NCBI GenBank assembly: GCA_030156255.1
Contig: JASGMV010000001.1
Location: 46,935-110,934 of the forward strand
Origin: Desulfovibrionales bacterium
GTDB lineage: Bacteria > Desulfobacterota > Desulfovibrionia > Desulfovibrionales > Desulfovibrionaceae
Length of the DNA: 64,000 nucleotides
Direction of reading: 5' to 3'
A program made the translations under genes and the position numbers. This document shows positions 1-8,818 of this stretch, piece after piece. Under the pieces are notes generated by a model, which searched no databases, was not told the DNA's origin, and worked only from the letters and a program-made list of their open reading frames with translations. The stretch's first letter is position 1; each line of letters opens with the position of its first letter.

Positions 1-1
1 C

Positions 2-268
2 GTTCGGGCGCTGCTCTCCAGGACCGGGACAGGCAAGCCATATGTGGCCTTGACGAGCGACGGCAAAATGAACCACAATAATTTTTTGATAGTTTGCGCC
101 GGCGCCCCGCTTTCCTGCGCGCCGGCCGACGTTTGGACCCATTTGAATGAGGGATTCCAAGGAACCGTTCTGATTCCAGCCGCCTTCGTCAAAAATCTGG
201 ATTTGAAGCGGCTGTCAAGCGTCCCGGGCGTTCAAGTCATCATTCTGCCGGACGCGGATAGATCGTAG
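2..268 (+). CDS. 3' end of an unidentified protein (open at window edge)
   Basis: Frame is open from nt 2 with no upstream stop. Track ORF 44..268 begins at an internal GTG. No motif I can name. Confidence 0.3.
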   Translation, partial: VRALLSRTGTGKPYVALTSDGKMNHNNFLIVCAGAPLSCAPADVWTHLNEGFQGTVLIPAAFVKNLDLKRLSSVPGVQVIILPDADRS

Positions 269-290
269 CGCATAAGATATGGAGCTTTAC

Positions 291-677
291 ATGCCGGGCA
301 AAATACTCATGGTTGACGACGAAGTACATATTCGTCTGCTGCTGGAGCAAACCCTTGAAGAGCTGGAAGACGACTACGGCGTCGAGTTGTTCACCGCCGC
401 GGATGGAGAGCAGGGGTTGGCGCTTATTCAGGAGCATGTTCCGGATCTGGTCTTTCTGGACATCATGATGCCCAAAATGAACGGCTATGAGGTTTGCCAG
501 CACATTACCGAAAACCCCCGATACGCCAACGTCAAAATCATCCTGCTCACGGCCAAGGGGCAGGAGGTGGATCGCAAACAGGGCCTTGAGGTCGGCGCCG
601 CCCAATACATGACCAAGCCTTTCGATCCGGACGAAATCCTTCGGATCGCCAAGGTGTTGCTCAGACTGGAAGACTGA
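291..677 (+). CDS. Single-domain response regulator (CheY-like receiver)
   Basis: Receiver motifs 'ILMVDDE', 'LVFLDIMMP', 'LLTAKG', 'YMTKPF'. GGAG lies 6 nt before ATG 291; the track ORF starts at ATG 279. Confidence 0.85.
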   Translation: MPGKILMVDDEVHIRLLLEQTLEELEDDYGVELFTAADGEQGLALIQEHVPDLVFLDIMMPKMNGYEVCQHITENPRYANVKIILLTAKGQEVDRKQGLEVGAAQYMTKPFDPDEILRIAKVLLRLED

Positions 678-926
678 GTCGAGCGCGCCATCGCGCAAGC
701 CTATCCGCCTTCGGCGAATCGCCCGCAACCGATCCCCCAGCAACCAAAGAACCGCGCATCCGCGGCCGTCGCCGTGGCGATTTCCCAGGCTTTGTAGTAG
801 AGTATCGCAAGCTTGAAACGCGTTTTGCGTTGCAAGCCGCGTTCATGGAGAAAATCCGGCTGTTCGGCGCACCGCGGCTCTCCCGCGGCGCGTTCGTCTT
901 CCCACTCGCAACCAGGAGGAAGCTTC

Positions 927-1112
927 ATGCGAAAATGTCTCACCGCCATGGCCGTCGCCGTGTTCATCGCCGTTTTCACCCTCCCCTGCTTCACGGGCTG
1001 CACCTGGATGGGCAAGGAGTCCGGAGAAGCCGTGGAAACCGTCAAGGAAGCTCCCCAGGATTTCGATAAAGGATACGACCAGGGACAAGACGAAGTGAAG
1101 AAAGCCGACTGA
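927..1112 (+). CDS. Small putative lipoprotein
   Basis: AGGAGG at 913-918, then ATG 927. Signal peptide ends in lipobox-like 'FTGC'. Charged mature part. Track ORF 813..1112 is 5'-extended. Confidence 0.55.
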   Translation: MRKCLTAMAVAVFIAVFTLPCFTGCTWMGKESGEAVETVKEAPQDFDKGYDQGQDEVKKAD

Positions 1113-1125
1113 CGCTTTCGCGGCG

Positions 1126-2316
1126 TCAGAACGATTCGCGCATTCTGCGCACCAGCTCCACGAGCCTGTGCTCGTAGGTATGCTGCGCCAGCACCCGGGC
1201 CCTGGCCGCGCGCGCGATACGGACGCGGCCGGGTTGATCGGCCAGCCAGCGTTGCGTTTGCGGCCCTATGTCGTCCAAAGACTCGTAACATGCGGTCTCC
1301 GCACCGGGGTCGAACAGCTCATCCAAAGCCGCCGAACGCTCGCCCAGAACAAACCCGCCGCAGGCCGGGACGTCGAAAGCCCGCTGGTTCACCGCCTGCC
1401 TCGATTGCAGAGAATTGGTGTTGAAGCATATCCGCGTCGAACGATACAAATCCGGCAGCTCGCGTTCGTAGCGCATCCTCCCCATCCAGGTGAAGGGACG
1501 GCCCGCGCGCGCCAAGGCCTTGGCCCAATACCGGTCCCCGACGACCAGGGGCGAGAACGGCAGCAGCCGCTCCACCGCCCGGAGCCGCCGGACACGGCTC
1601 GCCGCCTGATCCGCCAAACGGCGGAACATCCGCGCCACGGGCGGGTCCAGCGCATCAAAAGCCGCCAGCGCCTCGGCGCTCTCTTGTGCGAGCAACGCGC
1701 GCACGTCCGCTTCCGGCGCCCGCTCCAGGGCGGAGCCCAGCCGCCGCCAAATGCGCAACAGCGCACGAGGATAACGGCCTACGCCCAGATTCGTCCCGAT
1801 TTTTGCGGTCCACGTCCCTCCGGCGAAAGCCGCGTCAAAACGCAGTCGGTCCTGCGGCTTTCCCGGCGTAAAAGCTTCGGGATCCGCGGCCAGCGGCAGG
1901 TAGAACGCCAGGGGAACGCCCGCGGCCCGCAATTGCGCCGGCGCGGTCGGGCGCCAACTGAAGACGGCCAGCCGGCTTTCCGGATCCACGGGACGGTAGA
2001 CGCTCAGGTCGTGAAGGTCCACGAACCAGCTCGCCACGGGCGGGCCTCCGCGGCGAAGCATCCCGAGCACCTCGCCGCCGGCGTCGAGTCCGGCGTGGTT
2101 CACGGTCAAAATGAACTCGGCCCGAAACGCCGCAGCCCTGCCCGCCAGCTCTTTGACGAACTCCAGGTCCTGGCGGAACGTCGTCGTGGTGAAGGGAATC
2201 CGGAGCCGCAGCATGGCCCGCTCCAGCTCCGGAACGACGAAATAATCCTGTTTGACGAGTAGAATACGGGGAGGTCGACCTTGAACGCGGGGCAAAATCC
2301 TCTGGACGGCGTTCAT
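1126..2316 (-). CDS. CgeB-like glycosyltransferase-family protein (DUF3880-type N-domain)
   Basis: C-terminal block 'ICFNTNSLQSRQAVNQRAFDVPACGGFVL...VLAQHTYEHR' aligns with '[29 protein letters not shown]...VLADHTYERR' of 22703..24412. Family name is from memory of the CgeB/Glyco_trans_1_2 architecture. Confidence 0.7.
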   Translation of the reverse strand: MNAVQRILPRVQGRPPRILLVKQDYFVVPELERAMLRLRIPFTTTTFRQDLEFVKELAGRAAAFRAEFILTVNHAGLDAGGEVLGMLRRGGPPVASWFVDLHDLSVYRPVDPESRLAVFSWRPTAPAQLRAAGVPLAFYLPLAADPEAFTPGKPQDRLRFDAAFAGGTWTAKIGTNLGVGRYPRALLRIWRRLGSALERAPEADVRALLAQESAEALAAFDALDPPVARMFRRLADQAASRVRRLRAVERLLPFSPLVVGDRYWAKALARAGRPFTWMGRMRYERELPDLYRSTRICFNTNSLQSRQAVNQRAFDVPACGGFVLGERSAALDELFDPGAETACYESLDDIGPQTQRWLADQPGRVRIARAARARVLAQHTYEHRLVELVRRMRESF

Positions 2317-2513
2317 CGCGGCCTCATGCGGCTGCGTTGCGCGGTCCAGCCCTGCAGGAGCGAATCAGAAACGCGCTCGCAGAGAGCATGGAAGTTGCTG
2401 TAGCCCGCCAAGGCGAAAAACGTCCGCATGGTCCGAAGAGTAACACCTTGCGAACCGCCGGGAAAGAGGCGGCGCGGGCAGGTGAGAATCCCGCCCTACC
2501 CAGCAGCCCCGGC

Positions 2514-4196
2514 TCAGGCCACAGGCGACGAAGCCGTGGACGAAGCCGTGGTCGAAACCGGCTCGCCGGCTCCTTCCGCATCCGCCAAGCTGCGCCTGGC
2601 CTCGGCCAGCGCCTCATCCAGCTCCGTGAACAACGCTCCCGGCCCCGTCAGACGGTCCAGTCCCAGGGAAATGAGCTTGTCGCGCTGCTCCGCCGAGGAA
2701 ACCACCAGCGTCCGAATACCCGCGGCGCGGCAACGCTCGACCATGGAGCTCAAGGCGAACACCGCGGAGATATCCATGAACGGAACGTCCAGGCAATCGA
2801 CCACCGCCACCCGGGCGCCCAGCAACGCTCCGATCTTGCCCTGCATCAAGGAGGCTGTGCCAAAGAAAAACGGCCCGCGTATGGCGATGATGCGCACGCC
2901 GAAATCCGTTTCCTGTTGCAGGGCCTGCTCGGTTTCGCGGTTGTCAAGGCCTCCCGGCGCCTCTTTGATTTGAATGCGGGTCTGCCGGGTAATGCGCAAG
3001 GTGAGCAGCAGCGCGGCCATGGTCACGCCAGCGGCCACGGCCACCATGAGGTCCACCAGGACCGTGATGGCCAGCACCACGACCATGACCGCCAGATCGC
3101 TTTTGGGCGCGCTGCGCAGCAGGCGCAACAACCGGTAGTCCAGGATATCCACGCCGACCTTGACCAGGATGCCGGCCAACACGCACAGGGGAATGCCCGA
3201 AGCCAGGGGGCCAAGCCCCAGCACAAGGGCCAGCAGCACCAAAGCGTGGATGACGCCGGACAACTGCGAGGACCCGCCCGCCTTGATGTTCACCACCGTG
3301 CGCATGGTGGCGCCCGCTCCCGGCAATCCGCCGAACAGCGCCGCGACCATATTGCCGATGCCCTGTCCGATGAGCTCGCGATTGGGGTTGTGGCGGTCCC
3401 GAGTCAGGGAGTCGGCCACCAAAGAGGTCAACAGCGAGTCGATGGAGCCCAGAACGGCCAGGGCCAGGCCCAGACTCGCCAACCGACCCAACTGATGGAT
3501 GTCCACGGCCGGCAGCGACGGCGTGGGCAGGCCCGCCGGCACGGCCCCGATGGTCGCCACGTCCAGGTGGAAAGCCGAGGCGATGACGGTTCCCAGAATC
3601 AAAGCCGTCAGCGGCGACGGCGCAATGCGCGTCAGCCGGACGGGATAAAAGAACACCACGGCCAGGGTGATCGCCGAGAGCAGCACGGCGTGCAGCCCCG
3701 GACCCGAAAAAGCCCCGGAAACGGCCGCGGGCAAGGCGAGGATGGCGGCCATGGGCGAACTCGCGGCCTTGGCGCCGAGCAGCGGGCCGGTCTGGAGCAG
3801 AATGATGATCACCCCGATGCCGGTCATGAACCCGGAGATAACGGGATAGGGGATATACCGAACGACGCCGCCCAGGCGAAACAAGCCGAAAACCACCTGC
3901 AAAGCCCCGGCCAGCAGCACCGTCGCCAGAGCAAGACGGAAGTCCCCGGAGAAGCCGGCAATGGCCGAGGCGAAGACTACGGTCATGGGGCCGGTGGGCC
4001 CTGAAACCTGGGGTTTGGTTCCGCCGAACAACGAGGCGAACAGCCCCACGGCGATGGCGCCGTACAATCCGGCCGCGGGGCCCGCTCCGCTGGACACGCC
4101 GAAAGCCAACGCAAGCGGCAAAGCCACCACTCCGGCGGTGAGGCCGCCGAACACATCTCCTCGAAGACGCCCCATTCTACCACCAACCGACGCCAT
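2514..4196 (-). CDS. SulP-family anion permease with C-terminal STAS domain
   Basis: Multi-TM core ('GGLTAGVVALPLALAFG', 'SGPTGPMTVV') plus STAS tail ('VAVVDCLDVPFMDISAVFAL'). ATG 4196 is preferred over the track start 4283. Confidence 0.9.
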   Translation of the reverse strand: MASVGGRMGRLRGDVFGGLTAGVVALPLALAFGVSSGAGPAAGLYGAIAVGLFASLFGGTKPQVSGPTGPMTVVFASAIAGFSGDFRLALATVLLAGALQVVFGLFRLGGVVRYIPYPVISGFMTGIGVIIILLQTGPLLGAKAASSPMAAILALPAAVSGAFSGPGLHAVLLSAITLAVVFFYPVRLTRIAPSPLTALILGTVIASAFHLDVATIGAVPAGLPTPSLPAVDIHQLGRLASLGLALAVLGSIDSLLTSLVADSLTRDRHNPNRELIGQGIGNMVAALFGGLPGAGATMRTVVNIKAGGSSQLSGVIHALVLLALVLGLGPLASGIPLCVLAGILVKVGVDILDYRLLRLLRSAPKSDLAVMVVVLAITVLVDLMVAVAAGVTMAALLLTLRITRQTRIQIKEAPGGLDNRETEQALQQETDFGVRIIAIRGPFFFGTASLMQGKIGALLGARVAVVDCLDVPFMDISAVFALSSMVERCRAAGIRTLVVSSAEQRDKLISLGLDRLTGPGALFTELDEALAEARRSLADAEGAGEPVSTTASSTASSPVA

Positions 4197-4496
4197 GGAC
4201 AAAACCCCTTCATTGATGCGCCCGCGCGCGGGATCGAGCGTGGGAAAGGTGAGCCGTATATGTCGCACTCCCAGTAAAAGCAAGAAAATTTTGTATGGTT
4301 CTGCCCGCCCCGGCGTATTTTGCAGCGTCCGGAGATTACGATATGGAACGAGACTTCGGATTTACTGGAAATTCTAACGCGCTTCCTTTGCTTCCCCCTT
4401 GCCTTTTCGGGTTCTTCGTCTGATCTTCTTATGAAGAAGCGCAACCTGCGATTGGAAAACTGATCCGGCAAAGACTACGCATTTCAAGGAGGCGAC

Positions 4497-5879
4497 ATGT
4501 TTTTCCAACAAATCACCGTGGAGGGCCTCGGCTGTTTTTCCTACGCCGTCGGCTGCCCCGCGATCGGTGAAATGGCTGTGGTGGATCCCAAACGCGACGT
4601 ACAGACCTACCTGGACATCTCGCGCCGCGAAGGTATGCGCATCACTCGGGTTTTCGACACCCACGTGCATGCGGACCACGTTTCCGGCGCCCAGGAACTG
4701 GCCTCCCAGACGGGAGCGGCGATCTGCATGTCGCGCCACGCGCCCGTGAGCTTCCCGTTCACCAAGCTCACGGAGGGCGACGTGATCGAATTCGGGGCCG
4801 TGCGCCTCGAAGTTCTGGAGACGCCCGGGCACACGCCAAACTCCATCTCCCTGTTGCTCACCGACCTGACGAGAGGCCAGGAGCCGTGGATGGTCCTGAC
4901 CGGCGACGTCCTCTTCGTGGGCGACATCGGACGGCCGGACCTGGTGGGCGAAGCCGTGCTGGAGGAGCAGGTCAAAAACCTGTGGGACAGCCTCTACGTC
5001 AAGCTGGCGAAACATCCGGACCACCTGGAAGTCTTCCCGGCCCACGGCATGGGCTCGTTGTGCGGCAGAGGCATGTCCGCCAAGACCAGCTCCACCCTGG
5101 GCTTCGAACGCCGGCACAACCCCATGCTGGGCTACCCGGATTTCGAATCCTTCCACAAGGCCATGACCCACGACTTCCCGGCCAGGCCCAAAAGCTTCAC
5201 CCACATCATCGAAACCAACATGGGCGGCGCCCCGCTGCTGGAGCGCTGCCCCCTGGACCGGTCCCTGTCGCCGGAGCGCTTCGCCGAGCGCATGGAGCAA
5301 GGCGCCGTGGTCATCGACGCCCGCAGCGCCGCGGCCTTCGGGGGCTTTCACATCCCCGGCGCCCTGTCCATCGGCCTGGAGAAGCAGGTGGCCAACTGGG
5401 TGGGCATGGTGGTGGATCCCTCGGCCGATTTGCTGCTGGTGGTGGAGGACGAAGCCGACTACGAAGCCATGACCACCCAGCTCCATCGCATCGGCTACGA
5501 CAACATCTACGGCTGGCTGGCCGGAGGCATCTCCTCCTGGCTTTATGCGGGCCGGCCCCTGGAGAAGCTGAACCAAATCTCGGTGCAGGAGCTCGAGAGC
5601 CTGCTCAAAAAGCCCGCGCCCCCCGTGGTGCTGGACGTACGCACGCCGGCCGAATGGAAGGCCGGGCGCATCCCCGGCGCGCAGCACTACCCGGTGACAA
5701 AAATTCTGGAGAAGGCCCCGGAGCTGAATCGCGCGGCCCCGATCTGCGTCGTCTGCGGCACGGGATACCGCTCGAACATCGCGGCCTCCGAGTTGATCCG
5801 CCAGGGGTTCGAGGACGTGTTCAGCATGGCCGGCGGGACCACGGCTTGGACCCGGGCCGGCTACGGCCTGGAGAAATGA
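4497..5879 (+). CDS. Metallo-beta-lactamase-fold hydrolase fused to two rhodanese domains (persulfide-dioxygenase-like architecture)
   Basis: 'THVHADHVSG' MBL motif. Two rhodanese modules; the second has the active-site loop 'CGTGYRS'. AAGGAGG precedes the ATG. Confidence 0.85.
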   Translation: MFFQQITVEGLGCFSYAVGCPAIGEMAVVDPKRDVQTYLDISRREGMRITRVFDTHVHADHVSGAQELASQTGAAICMSRHAPVSFPFTKLTEGDVIEFGAVRLEVLETPGHTPNSISLLLTDLTRGQEPWMVLTGDVLFVGDIGRPDLVGEAVLEEQVKNLWDSLYVKLAKHPDHLEVFPAHGMGSLCGRGMSAKTSSTLGFERRHNPMLGYPDFESFHKAMTHDFPARPKSFTHIIETNMGGAPLLERCPLDRSLSPERFAERMEQGAVVIDARSAAAFGGFHIPGALSIGLEKQVANWVGMVVDPSADLLLVVEDEADYEAMTTQLHRIGYDNIYGWLAGGISSWLYAGRPLEKLNQISVQELESLLKKPAPPVVLDVRTPAEWKAGRIPGAQHYPVTKILEKAPELNRAAPICVVCGTGYRSNIAASELIRQGFEDVFSMAGGTTAWTRAGYGLEK

Positions 5880-5921
5880 CGCGCCGCCGGCTCGTTGTAG
5901 GAATTGCTCTGAATTTTCACA

Positions 5922-5966
5922 AAAAAACAAGGCCCGGAGGATCGTCTCCGGGCCTTGCCGTTTTTA
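5922..5966. terminator. Bidirectional intrinsic terminator between convergent genes
   Basis: Stem aaggcccggag (5929-5939) pairs with ctccgggcctt (5946-5956). Flanked by an A-run upstream and 'ttttt' downstream. Confidence 0.6.
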
Positions 5967-5977
5967 TCGAAGGAGGG

Positions 5978-7006
5978 TCACGATTCGACTTTGGCCGCGG
6001 ACCCGGGCTCGGCGCTCGCGGGTCCGCCCTTGTGTTGCTTCTTTTTCTTGAGGTAGTCGATAAACTTGAGAGCGGGTTCGTGCGACGGGTTCAAGCGCAG
6101 GCATTCTTTCAGGTGCTCGGCCGTCTCCTTGAGCTTGTTCTGCTCGAAATAGGCCCGGGCCGCGTTATAGTGTAAATTCTCGTCGTCGTCTGTCAGTTCG
6201 AGGGCGCGGCTGTAATAGTCCACCGCCTGATCCAACATTTTGGACTTGCGCAAGTTGATGCCGAATTCGTTGAACAGGTGCTTGTGCTCCTGCTCAAAAG
6301 CGGTGTCCAGTTTGACCAGCCGCTCGAAGACCTCATTGGCCTTGACCTTGTCCTCGCGCTCCAGATAGCACAACCCGATGCTGAAGTTGGCCCGGATGTT
6401 GTCCACGTCGATCTTGAGCGCCTTGCCGTACTCCATCTCGGCCGAAAAGCTCTTGCCCTGCTTGCGGTAACGGTCGCCTCGGGCGATGTTTTTCTGAATG
6501 TCCCGGAGCTTGGGCAGCACTTCCTTCTGATACATCTCCGGCTCCGGAAGCATGGTCTCCAGCATCTCCTCCTTGCTGATGATCTCCTTCGGCCCCGAAG
6601 GGACGTGCACGGGGCTCAACGGCTGCAGAGAAATCCGCCCGTCCGGCAACTCTTCAGCGAAGAAGTAGGATTGCTGCACAACGCGGCGCGACGTGGTGCC
6701 GGTGCCGATTTTGCTCACCTTCTGGCTGGAGAAGACTCCCAGGACCTTGCCGGGGCCGATCGTCTCCGGAGCCTCGCCCTGAACCGCCAAAACGGAATGG
6801 TCCTCCGCCGTGTCTTCGTCCGGGGACGCAACCGAGGCGTCGGCCGCCGCTTCAACCTTGCTATCCTCCACGGCCTGCGAAACTTCGGACTCGCCGCCGT
6901 CAGCCGGCGGGGGAGCCTCTTCAGCGGGATTGGACTCGCTTTCCGTCGAAGACGCGAAGTCAAACGCCGCTATCTCCGTCTTCATCTTCTTCTTTTTTTT
7001 GAACAT
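5978..7006 (-). CDS. TPR-repeat protein with acidic N-terminal region
   Basis: TPR-like helices in the C-terminal half ('AVDYYSRALEL', 'YNAARAYFEQNK', 'AEHLKECLRLNP'). GGGAG precedes ATG 7006. Confidence 0.75.
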   Translation of the reverse strand: MFKKKKKMKTEIAAFDFASSTESESNPAEEAPPPADGGESEVSQAVEDSKVEAAADASVASPDEDTAEDHSVLAVQGEAPETIGPGKVLGVFSSQKVSKIGTGTTSRRVVQQSYFFAEELPDGRISLQPLSPVHVPSGPKEIISKEEMLETMLPEPEMYQKEVLPKLRDIQKNIARGDRYRKQGKSFSAEMEYGKALKIDVDNIRANFSIGLCYLEREDKVKANEVFERLVKLDTAFEQEHKHLFNEFGINLRKSKMLDQAVDYYSRALELTDDDENLHYNAARAYFEQNKLKETAEHLKECLRLNPSHEPALKFIDYLKKKKQHKGGPASAEPGSAAKVES

Positions 7007-7350
7007 TCAATCTCCCACACGCCCAATCGCACCATCCGGATTTATCTCCCTTTAAGGCTTAGAGGAAATGCTCTTTGAAATCAAGCGACGCTTGGGAGGA
7101 GGCCGCCGGCGCCGAAGCTTGCGCCGGACAGGGAAAACTTCGTTCCGGAAAAGGGATCCCGCCGAGACGAGCGGTGCAGAAAGAACCACGGCGTGTTACG
7201 ATCCGCCGTCCGCGGCCGGTCTTGCGACGAGGCCGCCATTGCAAGTCGGCCGCATCAAGCTTCAGCGCGTGCGGACTCGCTGGCGGCGGACTGCAGGCCG
7301 AGGACGGCGCGGCGCATGAGAAAAGGCCTTGCGAATCGTTGGAGGCGAAA

Positions 7351-8289
7351 TCACGCCCCCGGGGCCTCGCCGTACAATTCGGCGAGAATGTCGGCCCCGC
7401 CGGCGGCGAGAATCTTGTCGGCCGCCAGCTTTCCGATCCGGCCGGCGTCGGCCGCAGGGCCCGTCTGCGCGCGGCGTATCATCCGCTCTCCGCGCACGTC
7501 CGCCACCAACCCGGTCAAGGACAATTCGCTCCCGGCCATTTCCGCAAAGGCGGCGATGGGAACCTGGCACCCGCCTTCCAGACGGGCGAGAAAGCCGCGC
7601 TCCGCCGCCACTTCCGCGCCGGTGCGCTCGTCATGGAGAAACGCGAGCATTTCGGCCGCCTCCGCATCTTCGTAGCGGCGCTCCACGCCCAAGGCGCCCT
7701 GGGCGACGGCGGGGAGAAACTCCGGCGGGGCGAGCTCCCGCTGTTTCGGCGCTTTCAGTCCCAACCGCAGCAATCCCGCCGTGGCCACGACAATGGCGTC
7801 GTAGGCGCCCTCTTCGAGTTTGCGCAGCCGGGTGTCCAGGTTGCCTCGCAGGTCCCGCACGTCCAGATCGGAGCGCAGCGCCAAAAGCTGGGCCTTGCGC
7901 CGCAGGCTGCTGGTGCCCACCTTGGCGCCCTGCGGCAAGCCCTCCAACCCGTCGTAGGCGCAACTCAACAGGCTGTCGGTGCGCACTTCCCGAGCGGGAA
8001 TCGTATCGACGATGAGCCCTTCGGGAAGCTCCGTAGGCACGTCTTTCATGGAGTGCACGGCGATGTCCGCCCGGCCGTCCAGCAAAGCCTCTTCGATCTC
8101 CTTGACGAACAAGCCCTTGCCTCCGACCTTGGCCAGTGGAACGTCCAAAATCTTGTCGCCCTGAGTGGTGATTTTAAGCAGGCCGACCTCCAGGCCGGCG
8201 TACCGGTCCTTCAGTCGTCCGGCGATGTGCTCGGCCTGCCACAAGGCCAGCTTGCTGCCGCGCGTGGCGATGGTCAGATGGTTTCGCAT
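7351..8289 (-). CDS. hemC: Porphobilinogen deaminase (hydroxymethylbilane synthase)
   Basis: '[13 protein letters not shown]', '[23 protein letters not shown]', '[11 protein letters not shown]'. Full-length HemC pattern. Confidence 0.95.
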   Translation of the reverse strand: MRNHLTIATRGSKLALWQAEHIAGRLKDRYAGLEVGLLKITTQGDKILDVPLAKVGGKGLFVKEIEEALLDGRADIAVHSMKDVPTELPEGLIVDTIPAREVRTDSLLSCAYDGLEGLPQGAKVGTSSLRRKAQLLALRSDLDVRDLRGNLDTRLRKLEEGAYDAIVVATAGLLRLGLKAPKQRELAPPEFLPAVAQGALGVERRYEDAEAAEMLAFLHDERTGAEVAAERGFLARLEGGCQVPIAAFAEMAGSELSLTGLVADVRGERMIRRAQTGPAADAGRIGKLAADKILAAGGADILAELYGEAPGA

Positions 8290-8352
8290 GGGCGTCCTCA
8301 GATGTCGAAGCGCCCGCGGGCCCTTCGGAAACAGTGTCGGGGCGCGGGCGGA

Positions 8353-8586
8353 TCAGCCGCCGCAGGTGGAGCAATTGCCGCCGGAGCAAGAGGAGCAGCC
8401 GCTGGACGACCCTCCGCCGAACGAGCCGCCGAAATCGCCTCCGCCATTGCGGAACCGGCAGGCGGAAAGCAGCTTGCTGGTCTTATCCGAACCGCAAGCC
8501 GGGCAGGTCACGTTCTGGTCATCGCCCAGGACCAACTCTTCAAACTGCTCCTGGCACTTCTCGCAGCGAAATTCAAAAATGGGCAT
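8353..8586 (-). CDS. FmdB-family zinc-ribbon protein
   Basis: 'MPIFEFRCEKC...TCPACGS' double-CxxC ribbon plus a Gly/Ser/Cys tail. GGAGG precedes ATG 8586. Track ORF 8353..8739 is 5'-extended. Confidence 0.8.
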   Translation of the reverse strand: MPIFEFRCEKCQEQFEELVLGDDQNVTCPACGSDKTSKLLSACRFRNGGGDFGGSFGGGSSSGCSSCSGGNCSTCGG

Positions 8587-8741
8587 ACATCCTCCTCGAT
8601 TCAAAAACAGGCGCACCATCCATATAGACCCGTCATCGCGCTTGTCAATGACGCGCCCTGGCGGGCCCGTTCTCCCAGGCGCATATTTCTGCGCCCACCC
8701 CGCCGCCTGCGTCCATTGTTCGTCCATCCTTGCAATCATAT

Positions 8742-8771
8742 TTGACAGTTTGCCGGCCTTGTGGATATTTA
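8742..8771 (+). promoter_or_regulatory. Candidate sigma70-type promoter for the adenylate cyclase gene
   Basis: TTGACA (8742-8747), 18 nt spacer, TATTTA (8766-8771), inside an AT-rich patch about 50 nt upstream of GTG 8819. Confidence 0.45.
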
Positions 8772-8818
8772 AAATAATAATAAGTAGGTCTGGAAACTCC
8801 AGGACAGGAGCCCATCCG

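Noticed and set aside
2337-4004. 555-aa ORF on the + strand
   Set aside because: Antisense to the SulP permease. The product is Arg/Gly/His/Gln low-complexity junk, a typical high-GC shadow ORF.
4374-5930. 518-aa ORF on the - strand
   Set aside because: Antisense shadow of the MBL-rhodanese gene, which has clear catalytic motifs. No motifs of its own.
7075-8745. 556-aa ORF on the + strand
   Set aside because: Overlaps hemC and the FmdB gene in antisense. Arg/Ala/Gly-rich with no domain signature.
8165-8818. 5' extension of the adenylate cyclase ORF (track start 8165)
   Set aside because: It would overlap hemC and fmdB on the opposite strand and reads as junk. An in-frame GTG at 8819 has a GGAG and an upstream promoter-like element.
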